DNA of 64,000 bases from the NCBI RefSeq assembly GCF_026210795.1, contig NC_089435.1, forward strand, positions 1,302,001 to 1,366,000, in the 5' to 3' direction. Each line of letters opens with the position of its first letter. The first letter of the stretch is position 1. The notes below the pieces were generated by a model. It saw only the letters and a list, made by a program, of their open reading frames with translations. It ran no database searches and was not told the origin of the DNA. Positions 23,686 to 35,466 of the stretch are shown piece by piece. The stretch comes from Rhizophagus irregularis (lineage: Eukaryota). The position numbers and the translations under genes were made by a program.

Positions 23686-24900
23686 TTAATGATAATAATA
23701 ATATGAATATCTATGACGATTTAACCTACAAAAGGTAATTTTAGGTAAACCTGTCACGTTAGCATTGTATGCGCCTATCATGTCAATTTTTTTTTCATAA
23801 AAAATCTTTATTCCTTCCAAATATCGACAATTACTAAGAATTAATTTTATTGTTTCTGCACAATCTCTTTTAACTTTAGTAGAAAGTTTTATAAGGTTTG
23901 GGCAGAATTTAATTATTGCCAAATTTAATGAATTATCATTACCTTTAACGTATAATTCTTTTAAATTTTTTCCATTATTTTCCAAGAATTTTATTAATAA
24001 TTCGTTCCTTGGACATTCTTGTTTAAATTCTAAAACTTGTAATTGTGGAAAAATAGCATATTGTAATTTATTAAAATCTTCATAATGCTTATTAAATGAT
24101 GTTAATGTAAGGATTTGTAAATTTGTGAATCTAGCGATGAATGATAATGACATGTTGTAAATCCATCTTCCTTTATAAATATTTAATGTAATCAAATTAT
24201 TAGGAACATTTGCTATCAAAGCAAATATACTTGCAAATTTTACGCAAATATCAGATTGCATAATAAACAAGTGTTTTAAATTTCGTTGAACAGAAATTAA
24301 TTCTTCTAATCCATTTGAAATAAATTCGTTAAATTTTATTCTTAGCGTTTGTAGGTTGTAACATATTTGAGACAAATGATAGAAAAGTTTAGGACTAATA
24401 TTAGAATAACAGGTTAATTCTGAGAGATACTTTAAACAATCTTTTGCTCCGTGATATGATGTAAAAAGTGTAGTGTTGAATGAAGTCATAATTTCTACTT
24501 TTCTTAAAGAAGTAATTTGTCCCATAAGGAATTTATATATTTCCTTCATCATTATAACTTTACTATCTTTTAAATGTTGATGAGTAATATGTCGTTTTGT
24601 AAGAAATTTCTCAACCTTGCAATTAATTTCATAAACTGATAAAAATTTACAAAATGAAGCATAATTAAAAGCTGGAGGATTCGAAGTTAGAATGGTAATT
24701 CCATTCTTACACAAGATTTCTTTTGATTCATCCGGGAAGAAAGCAATTAAAGCGCTAAGATTTCTAATTTCTCTCCAGTAAATCCTGACAGAAATTTTAC
24801 ACCAAAGTCGATTTATTAATAAACATGAGCGTAAATTAACTTTATCTTCATTTAAATATTCAACAATTTCATTAATACAATCACCAGTAAGTTGCGACAT
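23686..24900 (-). CDS. F-box / LRR protein, second subfamily, 404 aa
   Basis: MSQLTGDCINEI..LRSCLLINRLWCKISVRIYW, FNYASFCKFLS, LIKFLENNGKNLKEL, FCPNL. Confidence 0.88.
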   Translation of the reverse strand: MSQLTGDCINEIVEYLNEDKVNLRSCLLINRLWCKISVRIYWREIRNLSALIAFFPDESKEILCKNGITILTSNPPAFNYASFCKFLSVYEINCKVEKFLTKRHITHQHLKDSKVIMMKEIYKFLMGQITSLRKVEIMTSFNTTLFTSYHGAKDCLKYLSELTCYSNISPKLFYHLSQICYNLQTLRIKFNEFISNGLEELISVQRNLKHLFIMQSDICVKFASIFALIANVPNNLITLNIYKGRWIYNMSLSFIARFTNLQILTLTSFNKHYEDFNKLQYAIFPQLQVLEFKQECPRNELLIKFLENNGKNLKELYVKGNDNSLNLAIIKFCPNLIKLSTKVKRDCAETIKLILSNCRYLEGIKIFYEKKIDMIGAYNANVTGLPKITFCRLNRHRYSYYYYH

Positions 24901-25705
24901 TTTGAATAAAACTTAACAGTATAACGGGAAAAAATGAGACAAGAATTAAAATCTCATTATGTGTTACATTAGGTTCATGGCGTATTAATTTATTTATGAA
25001 GTTGTGTAACATTTTAAAATGAGGTAGAAGGATTTTCCTAATCGTTTTTGATTGGTACATCTTATCACATGATTTTAATATTATATGACTCCGGTCGTTA
25101 ATTTTAATCATTTCAATTATATACATTTACCGAAGTTGTACACCAAATAAAAATTTTCTTCTCATCACCCGACTACTAACTCATTTATGTTGGTAAATTA
25201 TTATTCCTAAATTCGTTCGTTTATTAATTTATGCAAATTTAAATTTTGGCTCATGGAATTTGTCAATTAATAAATATTTTATCTGAAATCCTACTAATCA
25301 CAAATAAAAAACGAGTGCATATATATTTAACTTATAAACGTTTATTAATTTTAATATCTATTAATTTTGGTACATCAGACTTGATAATGTACGGTATTGA
25401 TACGAAAAAAAGTTGTCGTTCATATGATTTAAATAAAAGGAGGAAAAAATGCATTTTCTTATCAATTGCTTTCTATTTACCATCCTCATAAAAAAAAAAT
25501 TTTCTGCTAATTAATAATTTTCTTTATAGATTTAAAAATATATATAATTAGTATCATTATGGTTGCGTTAATTTTCGATTAAGGATGGGTAATCGATCCT
25601 ACCGGTCCTACTCGGTCCTGGACCGGTCGGTCCCGGTCTTGCATTTTTTTGTGGCGCAGTAGGTACTGCATATCGGTCTTCATATAATAAATGATTTTTA
25701 TATTA

Positions 25706-25880
25706 CAACTGATTTCAAAAAGGTCGGAACGCTTAGCAAATTTTCAAGAACTCGGAAATTTTCTGTAAATCTTGATATAAAATAAAAATTATACGCTAAT
25801 TTTGGGAGAATGGTGGCTTTACCGAATACTTCCGAGTTCTTTAAAATTTGCTAAGTGTCCCTACATTATGAAATCAGCCG
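25706..25880. mobile_element. 175-bp MITE with long imperfect TIRs flanked by TA (Tc1/mariner-type)
   Basis: Left CAACTGATTTCA..CTTAGCAAATTTTCAAGAACTCGGAA matches the reverse complement of right TTCCGAGTTCTTTAAAATTTGCTAAG..TGAAATCAGCCG; TA at 25704-25705 and 25881-25882. Confidence 0.75.
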
Positions 25881-25968
25881 TAATTCAAATAATTAATATA
25901 TTCCCGAATCTGAAAATTCACTATTTATTTAAGAGGTAAAAATACATTAATAAAGTGACTCTAATCTG

Positions 25969-26205
25969 AGTAATCTCTTGATTCTTTTGCTAAATGTGAA
26001 AGTACTACACATGCATTATCGGCTATGTTATGTTGCTTATTAAAAGAGTTCTTCCATAAAATTGGCACTGCCGTTTCGCACCAAGTTCTATTGACTAAAA
26101 AGACATGGATATAAAGATTTAACATCGTTTCGCAATTCTTCCAATATTAGTATATTATGTCATTGTGTACGTAGTCTTCTGACACTTTTTCTGACGTTTT
26201 TTCTG
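25969..26205 (-). pseudogene. 5' fragment of an F-box gene (start lost, frameshifted)
   Basis: Reads LEELRNDVKSLYPCL / VNRTWCETAVPILWKN..VLSHLAKESR, then homology stops. Confidence 0.8.
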
Positions 26206-26544
26206 ACTTTTTTAAAAGGAAAGAAAATTGACAAACAGCGTAGAATGTGAAATTATTAAACTATTTATTAATAAGGATCCGATTCGATTAAGGCAAATTA
26301 AGATTTACGTTTTATATTTTTGATCTCATTACGTATTTGCGGCCTTACTAGCCTTACTAGCGCTTATTATGTGATTTCTATACTTTATACGAACATTTTC
26401 AATAAATTAGTAACAGTTTACTTTTATGAAATAGTTCAAATACAATTTAAAATTAATCCTTTCTCTTCACGAATTAAATCCATTAGTCGGTATGTGAATT
26501 TTATTACATCTGTAATTACAATTGTATTTTTTTTTAAAAAAAAA

Positions 26545-26615
26545 AGATTATAAAGATTCGACATCTTCTCGCAATTCTTCCAATACTACTATATCCTGAC
26601 ATTTTTTCTGACATT
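26545..26615 (-). pseudogene. Very short 5' F-box gene fragment that retains the upstream module
   Basis: ATGTCAGAAAAAATG start as in the gene starting at 23064, then LEELREDVESL; family upstream block at 26620-26720. Confidence 0.65.
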
Positions 26616-26807
26616 TTTTCAAGGAAAGAAAATTGGCTTATAGGACGGATGGCTTAAAATGTGTATGACTAATCAATTTTTTTATTATGATTTGATTTAA
26701 GACAAACTAAGTAAAGTCTAATTTAATACAGTTATAATTTTATTATATACAGTATATAGTTTAAGCTATCTGCTATGTGATCTACATAATGATATTTACT
26801 AGCGTTT

Positions 26808-28052
26808 TCAAAGAAATTTTCGTTTACGGTGTATAATATCGAATTCGAATGCACCGCGTATTTTGCAAAAGGAAATATGAGGTAAGTATTCAGGTAAATA
26901 ATTCTTAGTTAAACCTTTCGTAATGACAGTAATATTATTTTTCGTAAATATTGATTTTTCATAATAAACATCAATATACTTTAAGTATTGAAAACTATTA
27001 ATAAACAATTTTAATATTGGTTCAATATCATACATAATTTTGGTAGCAATATAATTAAGATTTGGACAAAGATCTATCACTGCTAAATTTAATGTGTGGC
27101 CATTCCGTTGGACATGGAATCTTTTTAGATTTTTGCCATTGTTTTCCAAGAACTTTATCAATAAGTCGTCCTCTGGACATTCAAATTTGAATTCCAAGGT
27201 TTGTAGTTGTGGAAAAATAGCATGTTGTAATTCTTCAAAAAAACCTTTAATATAAAATGTTAATGTAAGACTTTGTAAATTTATGAGACTAGGAATACAT
27301 GTTAATAGCACTTGAGGAAATCCTCTCCTCCCATAAATATCTATTGAAATCAAATTATTAGGGATAACTTCTGCTAAGGTTTCTATTCCTCTCAATTCTG
27401 TACTATAACCATCTCGAATTAATTGCAAATGTTTTAAATTTTGTTGAGCGGAAATTAAATCTGACAATCCATTCGATACAGAAGTTATGATTATTATTTC
27501 TAACGATCGTATATTATGACATATTTGAGATAACTGATGAAAAAATGCTGGATTATAATTCGAATAAACTTGTAATTCTGAAATATTCTTTAAACAGTCT
27601 CTCGCTCCGGGGTATGAGGTAAAAAGTGGGGTTTCAATTGATCGAACCAAAGTTTTTAATGTTTTTAAAGAATATATTTGGCTCATAAGAAGTTTAAATA
27701 TTTCTTGTGAAACTATAACTTTACTATCACTTATATTTTGAACCATCTGTTTTTTAAGAAATCGCTCAATATTGCAAATAATTACACCCAATGATAAAGA
27801 TTTACAAAATGACACATAATTAAACAGGGGATTTGAAGTTGGAATTAAAATTCCATTATTATTTAAGATTTCTTTTGATTCATTCGGAAGACAAGCGATC
27901 AAAGTTTTATAATTTCTAATTTCTTCCCAGTAAATCCTAACGGTTGCTTTACACCAATATCGATTTACTAATAAGCATGAAATTAAAGTTCGACTATCAT
28001 TTGTAAAATATTCAAGAATTTGGTTCATACAATCAATAGGAAGTTGTACCAT
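26808..28052 (-). CDS. F-box / LRR protein, second subfamily; likely start is the ATG at 28052 (MVQLPIDC)
   Basis: Paralogue of 23686-24900 (LISCLLVNRYWC, FNYVSFCKSLS, LIKFLENNGKNLK); the ORF-track start at 28091 is a non-ATG codon. Confidence 0.88.
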   Translation of the reverse strand: MVQLPIDCMNQILEYFTNDSRTLISCLLVNRYWCKATVRIYWEEIRNYKTLIACLPNESKEILNNNGILIPTSNPLFNYVSFCKSLSLGVIICNIERFLKKQMVQNISDSKVIVSQEIFKLLMSQIYSLKTLKTLVRSIETPLFTSYPGARDCLKNISELQVYSNYNPAFFHQLSQICHNIRSLEIIIITSVSNGLSDLISAQQNLKHLQLIRDGYSTELRGIETLAEVIPNNLISIDIYGRRGFPQVLLTCIPSLINLQSLTLTFYIKGFFEELQHAIFPQLQTLEFKFECPEDDLLIKFLENNGKNLKRFHVQRNGHTLNLAVIDLCPNLNYIATKIMYDIEPILKLFINSFQYLKYIDVYYEKSIFTKNNITVITKGLTKNYLPEYLPHISFCKIRGAFEFDIIHRKRKFL

Positions 28053-29959
28053 TTTTAAATAAAATGTATAAAATTTATAAAATATTTGCAATGTAATGAA
28101 TGAGAAAAATGAGAAATAATTTGTACGGTATTTAAATAATTTCTAATGGTGTAACTAAATATTGTAACTGTGGCTGTCAATCAAACGTTTTACTTGGTTG
28201 AACGACTTAAAACTTGATTTCAATTATTTTAACATTGTACAAATTTTTTAAATAAATACAATCAATATCCTTACACCTTTGTTTCATATTGTTGTTATAA
28301 CCTTGTTACTATTATCGCCATTGTTACCATTTCCACCATTTCCTTTTTATGAGACATAAAATATATAACAAGTTAAACCCGAAAGCAGTTTCAGAAAATG
28401 AATCATTTAATTTTAATTTATCTATTTTTTATATAAAATTTTTTGAACAATTCCTGGGCTTGTTGAACATTTTTGGTCTCTAGTAGTGCCTATTATGTCT
28501 TTATCCGAAAAATAATAATAATAAATAAGAAAAAATTTGATTGGTTGTTTAATGAGATACCAGATATGGTTATTGATCCACATAACGTACATTGACCACA
28601 TAACGGGTAATATTATTGTACATCATTTTGAAACTTGATTCCAAATTTAAATAACTCATTATCAAATTTATTTGTTGTCTAAAAAAAGAAAGTAGTTCTG
28701 CATGGGAATTTGGATTAGATAAACAAAATCGGAATTTGATTTGGTCTACCAAACCCAATAAGGAGGTATTGACTATTGAAAAATTAGAAAATCAGATAAT
28801 TTGTTATGTCATTTGTCGAAAAATCCGGTTTCATAATTCCGGTTCTCTGTTTACAATTTCTTATTTTATCGAATTTTTGACGTAGTGGTTCGTTCCCGGA
28901 TAAAACCTATATGAAATTATGGCGTGAAAAAATTATTATAATATATTATTATTTCAAAAGTTTGTATTAATTCTGGTAGTTCCAACCTAAATTAACCGTA
29001 GATACCAGATAATACCGAATAAAACCGCTACGGGCCGAAACTAATTTTGACGATTATGTTTAGTGAATTAAGAATTTATCCAGCAGGACGTCATAATGCG
29101 AAAAATCTTAGATTTTTAGAGGAAATATTAAATCAAAATATATACATATGTATCAAACAGGAACTTGATTCTGACTAAGAGACTAAGAGAGATCGAAAAA
29201 AGTTTTTGACATTTTTTATGAGGTGAAAATTTTTAGCAAATGATTTTTTACGCAGTTACTTCGTTTAATTTTTATATTGCTAATGTTTACAATAACGGTC
29301 AAGTAAGAAAAAAAAAAAAAAATTTTTTCAAAAAGAGTTTGTACATTTATGGTATAATATGAATTTAAAGAAAATAAAGATATTATTATCTAAATCCGTA
29401 ACCACTTGAAAATGTTTTAGGGTATATTATACGTAAAACATAAGTTTAGATTTTAATTTTTCTTATGTAAATTCAGAAAAATAAAGCACCAAGAAATGGA
29501 AGACCGCCGAAGACCATATCCTAATAAATATCGGTACAACTCCATAATCCAAAAGCACTAATGATGATGGGTTTACTTCAAAAAGTTTGTTACAAAAATG
29601 CGAAAAATTATTATATTCATAAGCGCTAAGAAAATCTTGGCCTAGTTTAATCGTTTCTGTTTTTCGGAAACTGTTTCATGAGAGATTTTTTTTTTACATG
29701 TTATAATTGTACTCTGCCCAGCGGCTTTAAAACTTTGTAATTATAAAACATGGGAGAAAATTAGTAACTTTCTTTACTATCACTGATCATAAAATGAGGT
29801 CCTAAATTATACCACGGATCCCGTGACTTTTTTATTTGATTTAGAAGAGTCTATTGAAAGTTAAAATCATATATATTAATCCTCGTTATTACCGACTTTA
29901 AGTCATGTTTAAAAAATAAATAAAATAAATATACTTTAAAATACAACTGTAAATGATAA

Positions 29960-31443
29960 TTATCTTATAATTTGAAATACTTCATATTCTTCCATAAAAA
30001 ATATATCGGTAATTTCTCTGATTTTTTTTTTGTAATCCCATTTAACACATTTACCACTGGTTCCATGTATTTTAAGATCACCATACGCACCGAATGATGG
30101 ACCAAAAGCATTATTATTAAGTATAGCACATTCTTCATTTTCTATGCGACTTAAAATATAACTTTCAAAGTTATGACTATTCTTAATAGAAAATATAAAA
30201 CTCTCTTTAGTAATACCATAAGATTTATCAGATTTCCATTCAATTGGATTATATCCACCAAGAATTTCTTTACTATTTTTCACTTTAATTATTGTCACAG
30301 TGTGAGATTGATTATCACATGTTTCATGAAATTTATTAGCTGTAAATCCATCACGAGTTCCACGAACTAACAATTGAAAGTTGTATATATTTTTTGTCTC
30401 ATCCGAATTTTCTAATCTATCGATCCATTTTGAGATTAATTCAGCATGTTGAAATGTAATGATTTTAGAATCAATATTAATTTTCTTAATAGTAATACGA
30501 GGTTTTGATGTTTTAATTGATTGGTTATCGGGATTCAAAAAATATTTTAATAATTTTTTATATAATTCTTTTGGTAAAACTTTTCTATAAGGTAACACTT
30601 TATCTGAAAATTCTTTAGAAGTTAAATCATAGAATCGAATATGCGGAACGCAACGTTGTAAACTATTTTTCAAAGCATTAAAATCTTCTTTTGAAAAATT
30701 TATAGGATCAGAAGGAAGTCCTGGATTTTGAGAAAGTCCCCATCTAAGCACACCTTCCCATACTTGAATTTGGTTCATTTTAAGATTATCACTTTGAATG
30801 AGTGAAACCAAAAGTTTTTCTGAAATTGAAGAGAAATTTAGAGATTTAAATATCTTATCTGGTTCTTTTGACGTTAAATCAGTACAAAATTTTCGAAGTT
30901 CCAATAAATAATCATTCTCAAAACTTGTTTTACATATCAAATCAAAATTTTGCTCCATCCAATTTGCCTTAGTTTCAATCAAAAAAAATTGTAAATAAGT
31001 GATTAATTCTTGGAGACCAAGTTTACTTCCAGCAACTAATATTTTGATTATATCCGAAGTATCATATTTCTCCAAAGAAATTTTTCCACTATAAATATAT
31101 CTAAAATAATAAGCGTAAAACTTAAATATTTTTTATGACCAATATTTCAAAATTTTAAATTTAATTCTTATCTCTTTAATCCTTACCTTAATATTATTTG
31201 AAAAATTTCAGGTAAAATATTTGGTAATTTTATATGTATCAAAGTTCCATCATTTTTCTTTTTATTGGTTGATAAAATTCTTCTTAAATAAGTAGAACGA
31301 TAATGTAAGATAACCATATGAGCACGAAATATCTTTATATAAGGATCATTACCAACTTCAATAGTAACATCATAATATTCTTCATCATTTAAAATATCAA
31401 GTAAATTTTGTGATAATTTCGTTAAAAATTTATTATTATTCAT
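29960..31443 (-). CDS. BTB/POZ - BACK - TLDc domain protein (2 exons)
   Basis: Exons 31187-31443 and 29960-31100, intron GTAAGG..TTTAG, joining FQIILR|YIYSGKISLE. BTB: YDVTIEVG..FRAHMVIL. TLDc: RGTRDGF..FHETCD..ILGGYNP..GPSFG..EEYEVFQI. Confidence 0.92.
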
Positions 31444-32902
31444 GATTTGATAAAATTTAAAAAAAAAGAAATGAAAAAGTATTAACACAATATTGTTGAA
31501 ATTTAGTATTATAATTTCCGCTGCAGCTTGTTGATCATTTTACTAATTTATGCCCCAGTTTCCGATTGGTTTTCCTTATTCTGCTTTCTTATTTGTCTAT
31601 TCTGCAGATTAGACGTAACAGTGACGTAACTGCCGTAACAAAGTTACGTTAATAACGTCACTGTAGATTCTCACATAAAAATTTTATAATAATTTATATA
31701 ATATCGAGCTACGTCACGAGTTACAACCTTTCATTAACTTAATGTTGACAGTTTGTGTGTTACGAACTCCGCAGATCTTTAAGAATTTCACAAATGATTC
31801 GTCGTGCGTTAATCGAGCTTTTTTTATCAAGCTTTTTTTGGTTTTTTTTTTCAAACCGAAAAATTTTGTTTTTTCTCATTCTTTTCTCGTTTAGGTTTAA
31901 ATTTTTCCCAAACTGAAAAATTGTTTTTTAAATAATCACCATTGTTTCGGTCTTTTAAGACCGATTTTTTTTTATATTATTTTTTTTCGATCTTTTTTTT
32001 TAGACCGTATTGTTATTTTTTGGACCGAATTATTGTCCTTTTTTTTCAGAATTTTTTTTCAGTACTTATTTTTTTTTCGGATTCCTTTTTTTTCGGAAAT
32101 TTCCCTTTTTTTAAACCGGTTTCTTTCCCCCAAATTTTTTTTAAATTTTTTTTTCTTTTTCTTTCAATTTTTTTTTATCATTAAATAAAGAAATAGAATA
32201 TTATATTTAATATATTTACAAAATCATTATTTTTTTAAAAAAAATCAATATAGCATATAGGAAAATTGACCGACGCTGATAGAAAGATAATTAAGATTTT
32301 TTTTTTCAATTAAATTGAGCGCTGGATAAATAGTTTGATTATCAAATTCATAAAAATCAAAAAAAAATTGAAATTTTTACAATATTATTCTATAATTAAT
32401 TAATTGAAGAAATTTTTGATTTAATAATTAGATTATTATAATCAAATCCATATCCGGAATTCTCTAGATAATTACCAGATTTTTGAATAAAGATTTTAAT
32501 TCAAATGGTTTATTTATATTAATGATTTGACTTTTTGAGTGTAGAATGAAATTCGGATTAATTAAGGAATTGTAAGGAATTGTGAAAAAATAATTATCAA
32601 TAAAAATTGATTGATTTTTTAGAAGTATTTTCGAAAAAACTTTAATATTTATATGAAAATACTGCAAATATTTTTATTAATTTATAATTATTTCTGATTA
32701 TTTATATTACGTCAATCTTAAACTTATAACCAACTTGGGAAAAATATTTGAACAATTAAATGTATTAAAATTTGTTCGTTTCATTTATTATTATTCTTTT
32801 AATACTTTTGATACTCATTTTACTTAAATTATTAATTTAACTAACTACATATAATTTAATACCTATTATTTTATTATTTTTGTTAACTAATTATTACCAT
32901 AA

Positions 32903-32937
32903 CTAGAATATGCGATTTGCCAGGGGACTTCGTCCCC
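32903..32937 (-). mobile_element. Helitron-like 3' terminus
   Basis: GC-rich hairpin GGGGAC-TTC-GTCCCC (32923-32937) lies 16 nt before CTAG|T on the minus strand, in otherwise very AT-rich DNA; the 5' end was not located. Confidence 0.5.
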
Positions 32938-33521
32938 CAAACATAACATTTATAATTAAAAAAATTTTTTGATATAAATAAATTGAATTGTATGTAAAAT
33001 ATTACCAAATAATAAAATTTTATTATAATTAAACCTATAAAAAATCATGTTTTTAATAAGGTTTTATACAATTTTTTCTTAAAAATAATGTTTCTAATCT
33101 ATATAGGGATACGGAAAAATGCACAATTCCATATCACAAAAATGTATCATTTTGCATGATTTGACCATAATTTATGCCGAATTTATATTGATTTGATCAC
33201 AGAAATTACATAATTTAAGCATAGAATTTACACGATTTGGTTAATGAATTTACTGCTTAAATTACAATTATTAATATTAGTTGCATTTATATGAATTTGA
33301 TTTTAATAATATTTTACTAAATTATTAAATCAAATATAAAAATAAAAAAAATCCTTAGTATCATGTGATTATAATTAGCCAATAATATAAATTAATTCTT
33401 ATTATTTAAAATAATGACGTATCTTCTAGTAATAAAATAAAATAAAATAAATAAATAAAATAATGACGTAAGTTGTAATAAGTGTTTTAAAGTTAATACA
33501 GCTACAAAAAAATAAAATTTT

Positions 33522-34475
33522 ATGAAAATTAATATTCAAGTGCTTTTAACCTGCCTGAACAACTTTCAATTAATAAATAAAGTTGATTTCATTTGTCCAA
33601 AGTGGAGATATTACGCTCTAAATTAAAGAAAAAGAAAAGAGAGTTAATATCATCAACAAAAATGCAATCTTCTATAAGCACTACACCTACATTCATGAAA
33701 ATTAATATTCAAGTGGTTTCAACCTGCCTGAACAACTTTCAATTAATAAATGAAGTTGATTTCATTTGTCTAAAGTGGAGATATTACGCTCTAAATTAAA
33801 AAAAATAGAAAAGAGAGTTAATATCATCAAGAAAAATGCAATCTTCTTTAAGCACTACACCTACATTCATGAAAATTAATATTCAAGTGCTTTTAATCTG
33901 CCTGAACAACTTTCAATTAATAAATGAAGTTGATTTCATTTGTTCAAAGTGGAGATATTACGCTCTAAATTAAAAAAATAGAAAAGAGAGTTAATATCAT
34001 TAACAAAAATGCAATCTTCTCTAAGCACTACACCTACATTCATGAAAATTAATATTCAAGTGGTTTCAACCTGCCTGAACAACTTTCAATTAATAAATAA
34101 AGTTGATTTCATTTGTCCAAAGTGGAGATATTACGCTCTAAATTAAAAAATAGAAAAGAGAGTTAATATCATCAACAAAAATGCAATTTTCTCTAAGAAC
34201 TACACCTACATTCATGAAAATTAATATTCAAGTGGTTTCAACCTGCCTGAACAACTTTCAATTAATAAATGAAGTTGATTTCATTTGTCCAAAGTGGAGA
34301 TATTACGCTCTAAATTAAAAAAAAATAGAAAAGAGAGTTAATATTATCAAGAAAAATGCAATCTTCTTTAAGCACTACACCTACATTCATGAAAATTAAT
34401 ATTCAAGTGGTTTCAACCTGCCTGAACAACTTTTAATTAATAAATAAAGTTAATTTCATTTGTCCAAAGTGAAGA
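33522..34475. repeat. Tandem array of ~173-bp units (about 5.5 copies)
   Basis: Unit starts ATGAAAATTAATATTCAAGTG at 33522, 33695, 33869, 34042, 34214 and 34389; copies differ by a few substitutions and by A-run length. Confidence 0.95.
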
Positions 34476-35044
34476 TTATAATGTATTTGGAAAAGAAGTT
34501 TAATTTAAAAAAATTTTATATAAAAAAAATGTAATATGAAAATTAAGAACTGAGTTGACAAAAATTTGAAATAACATGAATTTTAAATTAATTCTTTCAT
34601 TAATTATAAATTCAAGTAGTTTAAAATAAAAATAGTAAGAAAAAATATTTTTTATGAAATATCACATTATTTTCTAAAAGAAAGTCTTATAAATTTAATT
34701 TGTAATTATGTAATATCCAAATATTTAATCTTACAAATAGAAAAAAATGTAAAAAAAATTTATGATGTTTTATAAAAAAAGAAAAAATTTTAAATTTTTG
34801 AAAAAAAATTTCGTCTAACACTTTTTAATTGATTATCACAAGATCTGCATGATCATCTACACGTTTTAATTTTTTTAACGAAAAAAAGAAATATATTTGA
34901 ATATTTTATTTCTTTGAAAATCAATAACGATCAACAAAATTAAATACAAATATAAAACTTATTGCTTGATGCCGCAAGTTAATATGTAGTAAAAGTGGCA
35001 CAAAAATGAATATTTTGTAATTTTATTCTAATGATATCAAAGAA

Positions 35045-35182
35045 GCAATATTGCAATATTGCAATATTGCAATAACAACGTCTATAGCAATAGCAATAGC
35101 TATATAGCTATATAGCTATAGCAATAGCAATAGCAATAGCAATAGCTATAGCTATAGCTATATAGCTATATAGCTATAGTAT
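35045..35182. repeat. Compound microsatellite (GCAATATT / AGCAAT / AGCTAT / AGCTATAT)
   Basis: Directly visible short tandem units, partly self-complementary. Confidence 0.85.
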
Positions 35183-35466
35183 AAGATTCAACTACGAAGT
35201 TCACATGGTGCATTCCCAAAAAGATGAAAATCTGCATGAAGATCAGAGGACAAACTACAAATTAAGCGAAAAAGTGAATGAATAAGGAAGGTCATGCAGG
35301 ATGATCACCACTTCAAAATCATACTATCGCCAATTAAAACAAAAAACTACTGCAGAATTGTACGGTACTTCTTCTTCTTTGTATTCAAGACCATTTTTAC
35401 TGCGGAATTTTTAAAGGAAAAAGTTCAATTTTAAGAGTAAGTTTATTAAGTTTTAACTTGTTCGAG

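Noticed and set aside
25580..25645. hAT-like terminus with GGACCG/CGGTCC repeats
   Set aside because: Only one end visible; no partner TIR or 8-bp TSD found.
28455..28488. CACTA terminus (TAGTAGTG)
   Set aside because: No matching opposite end or TSD located; could be chance.
33522..34475. CRISPR array or coding repeat
   Set aside because: No unique spacers, eukaryotic context, and most unit lengths are not multiples of three; ORF 33593-33799 is incidental.
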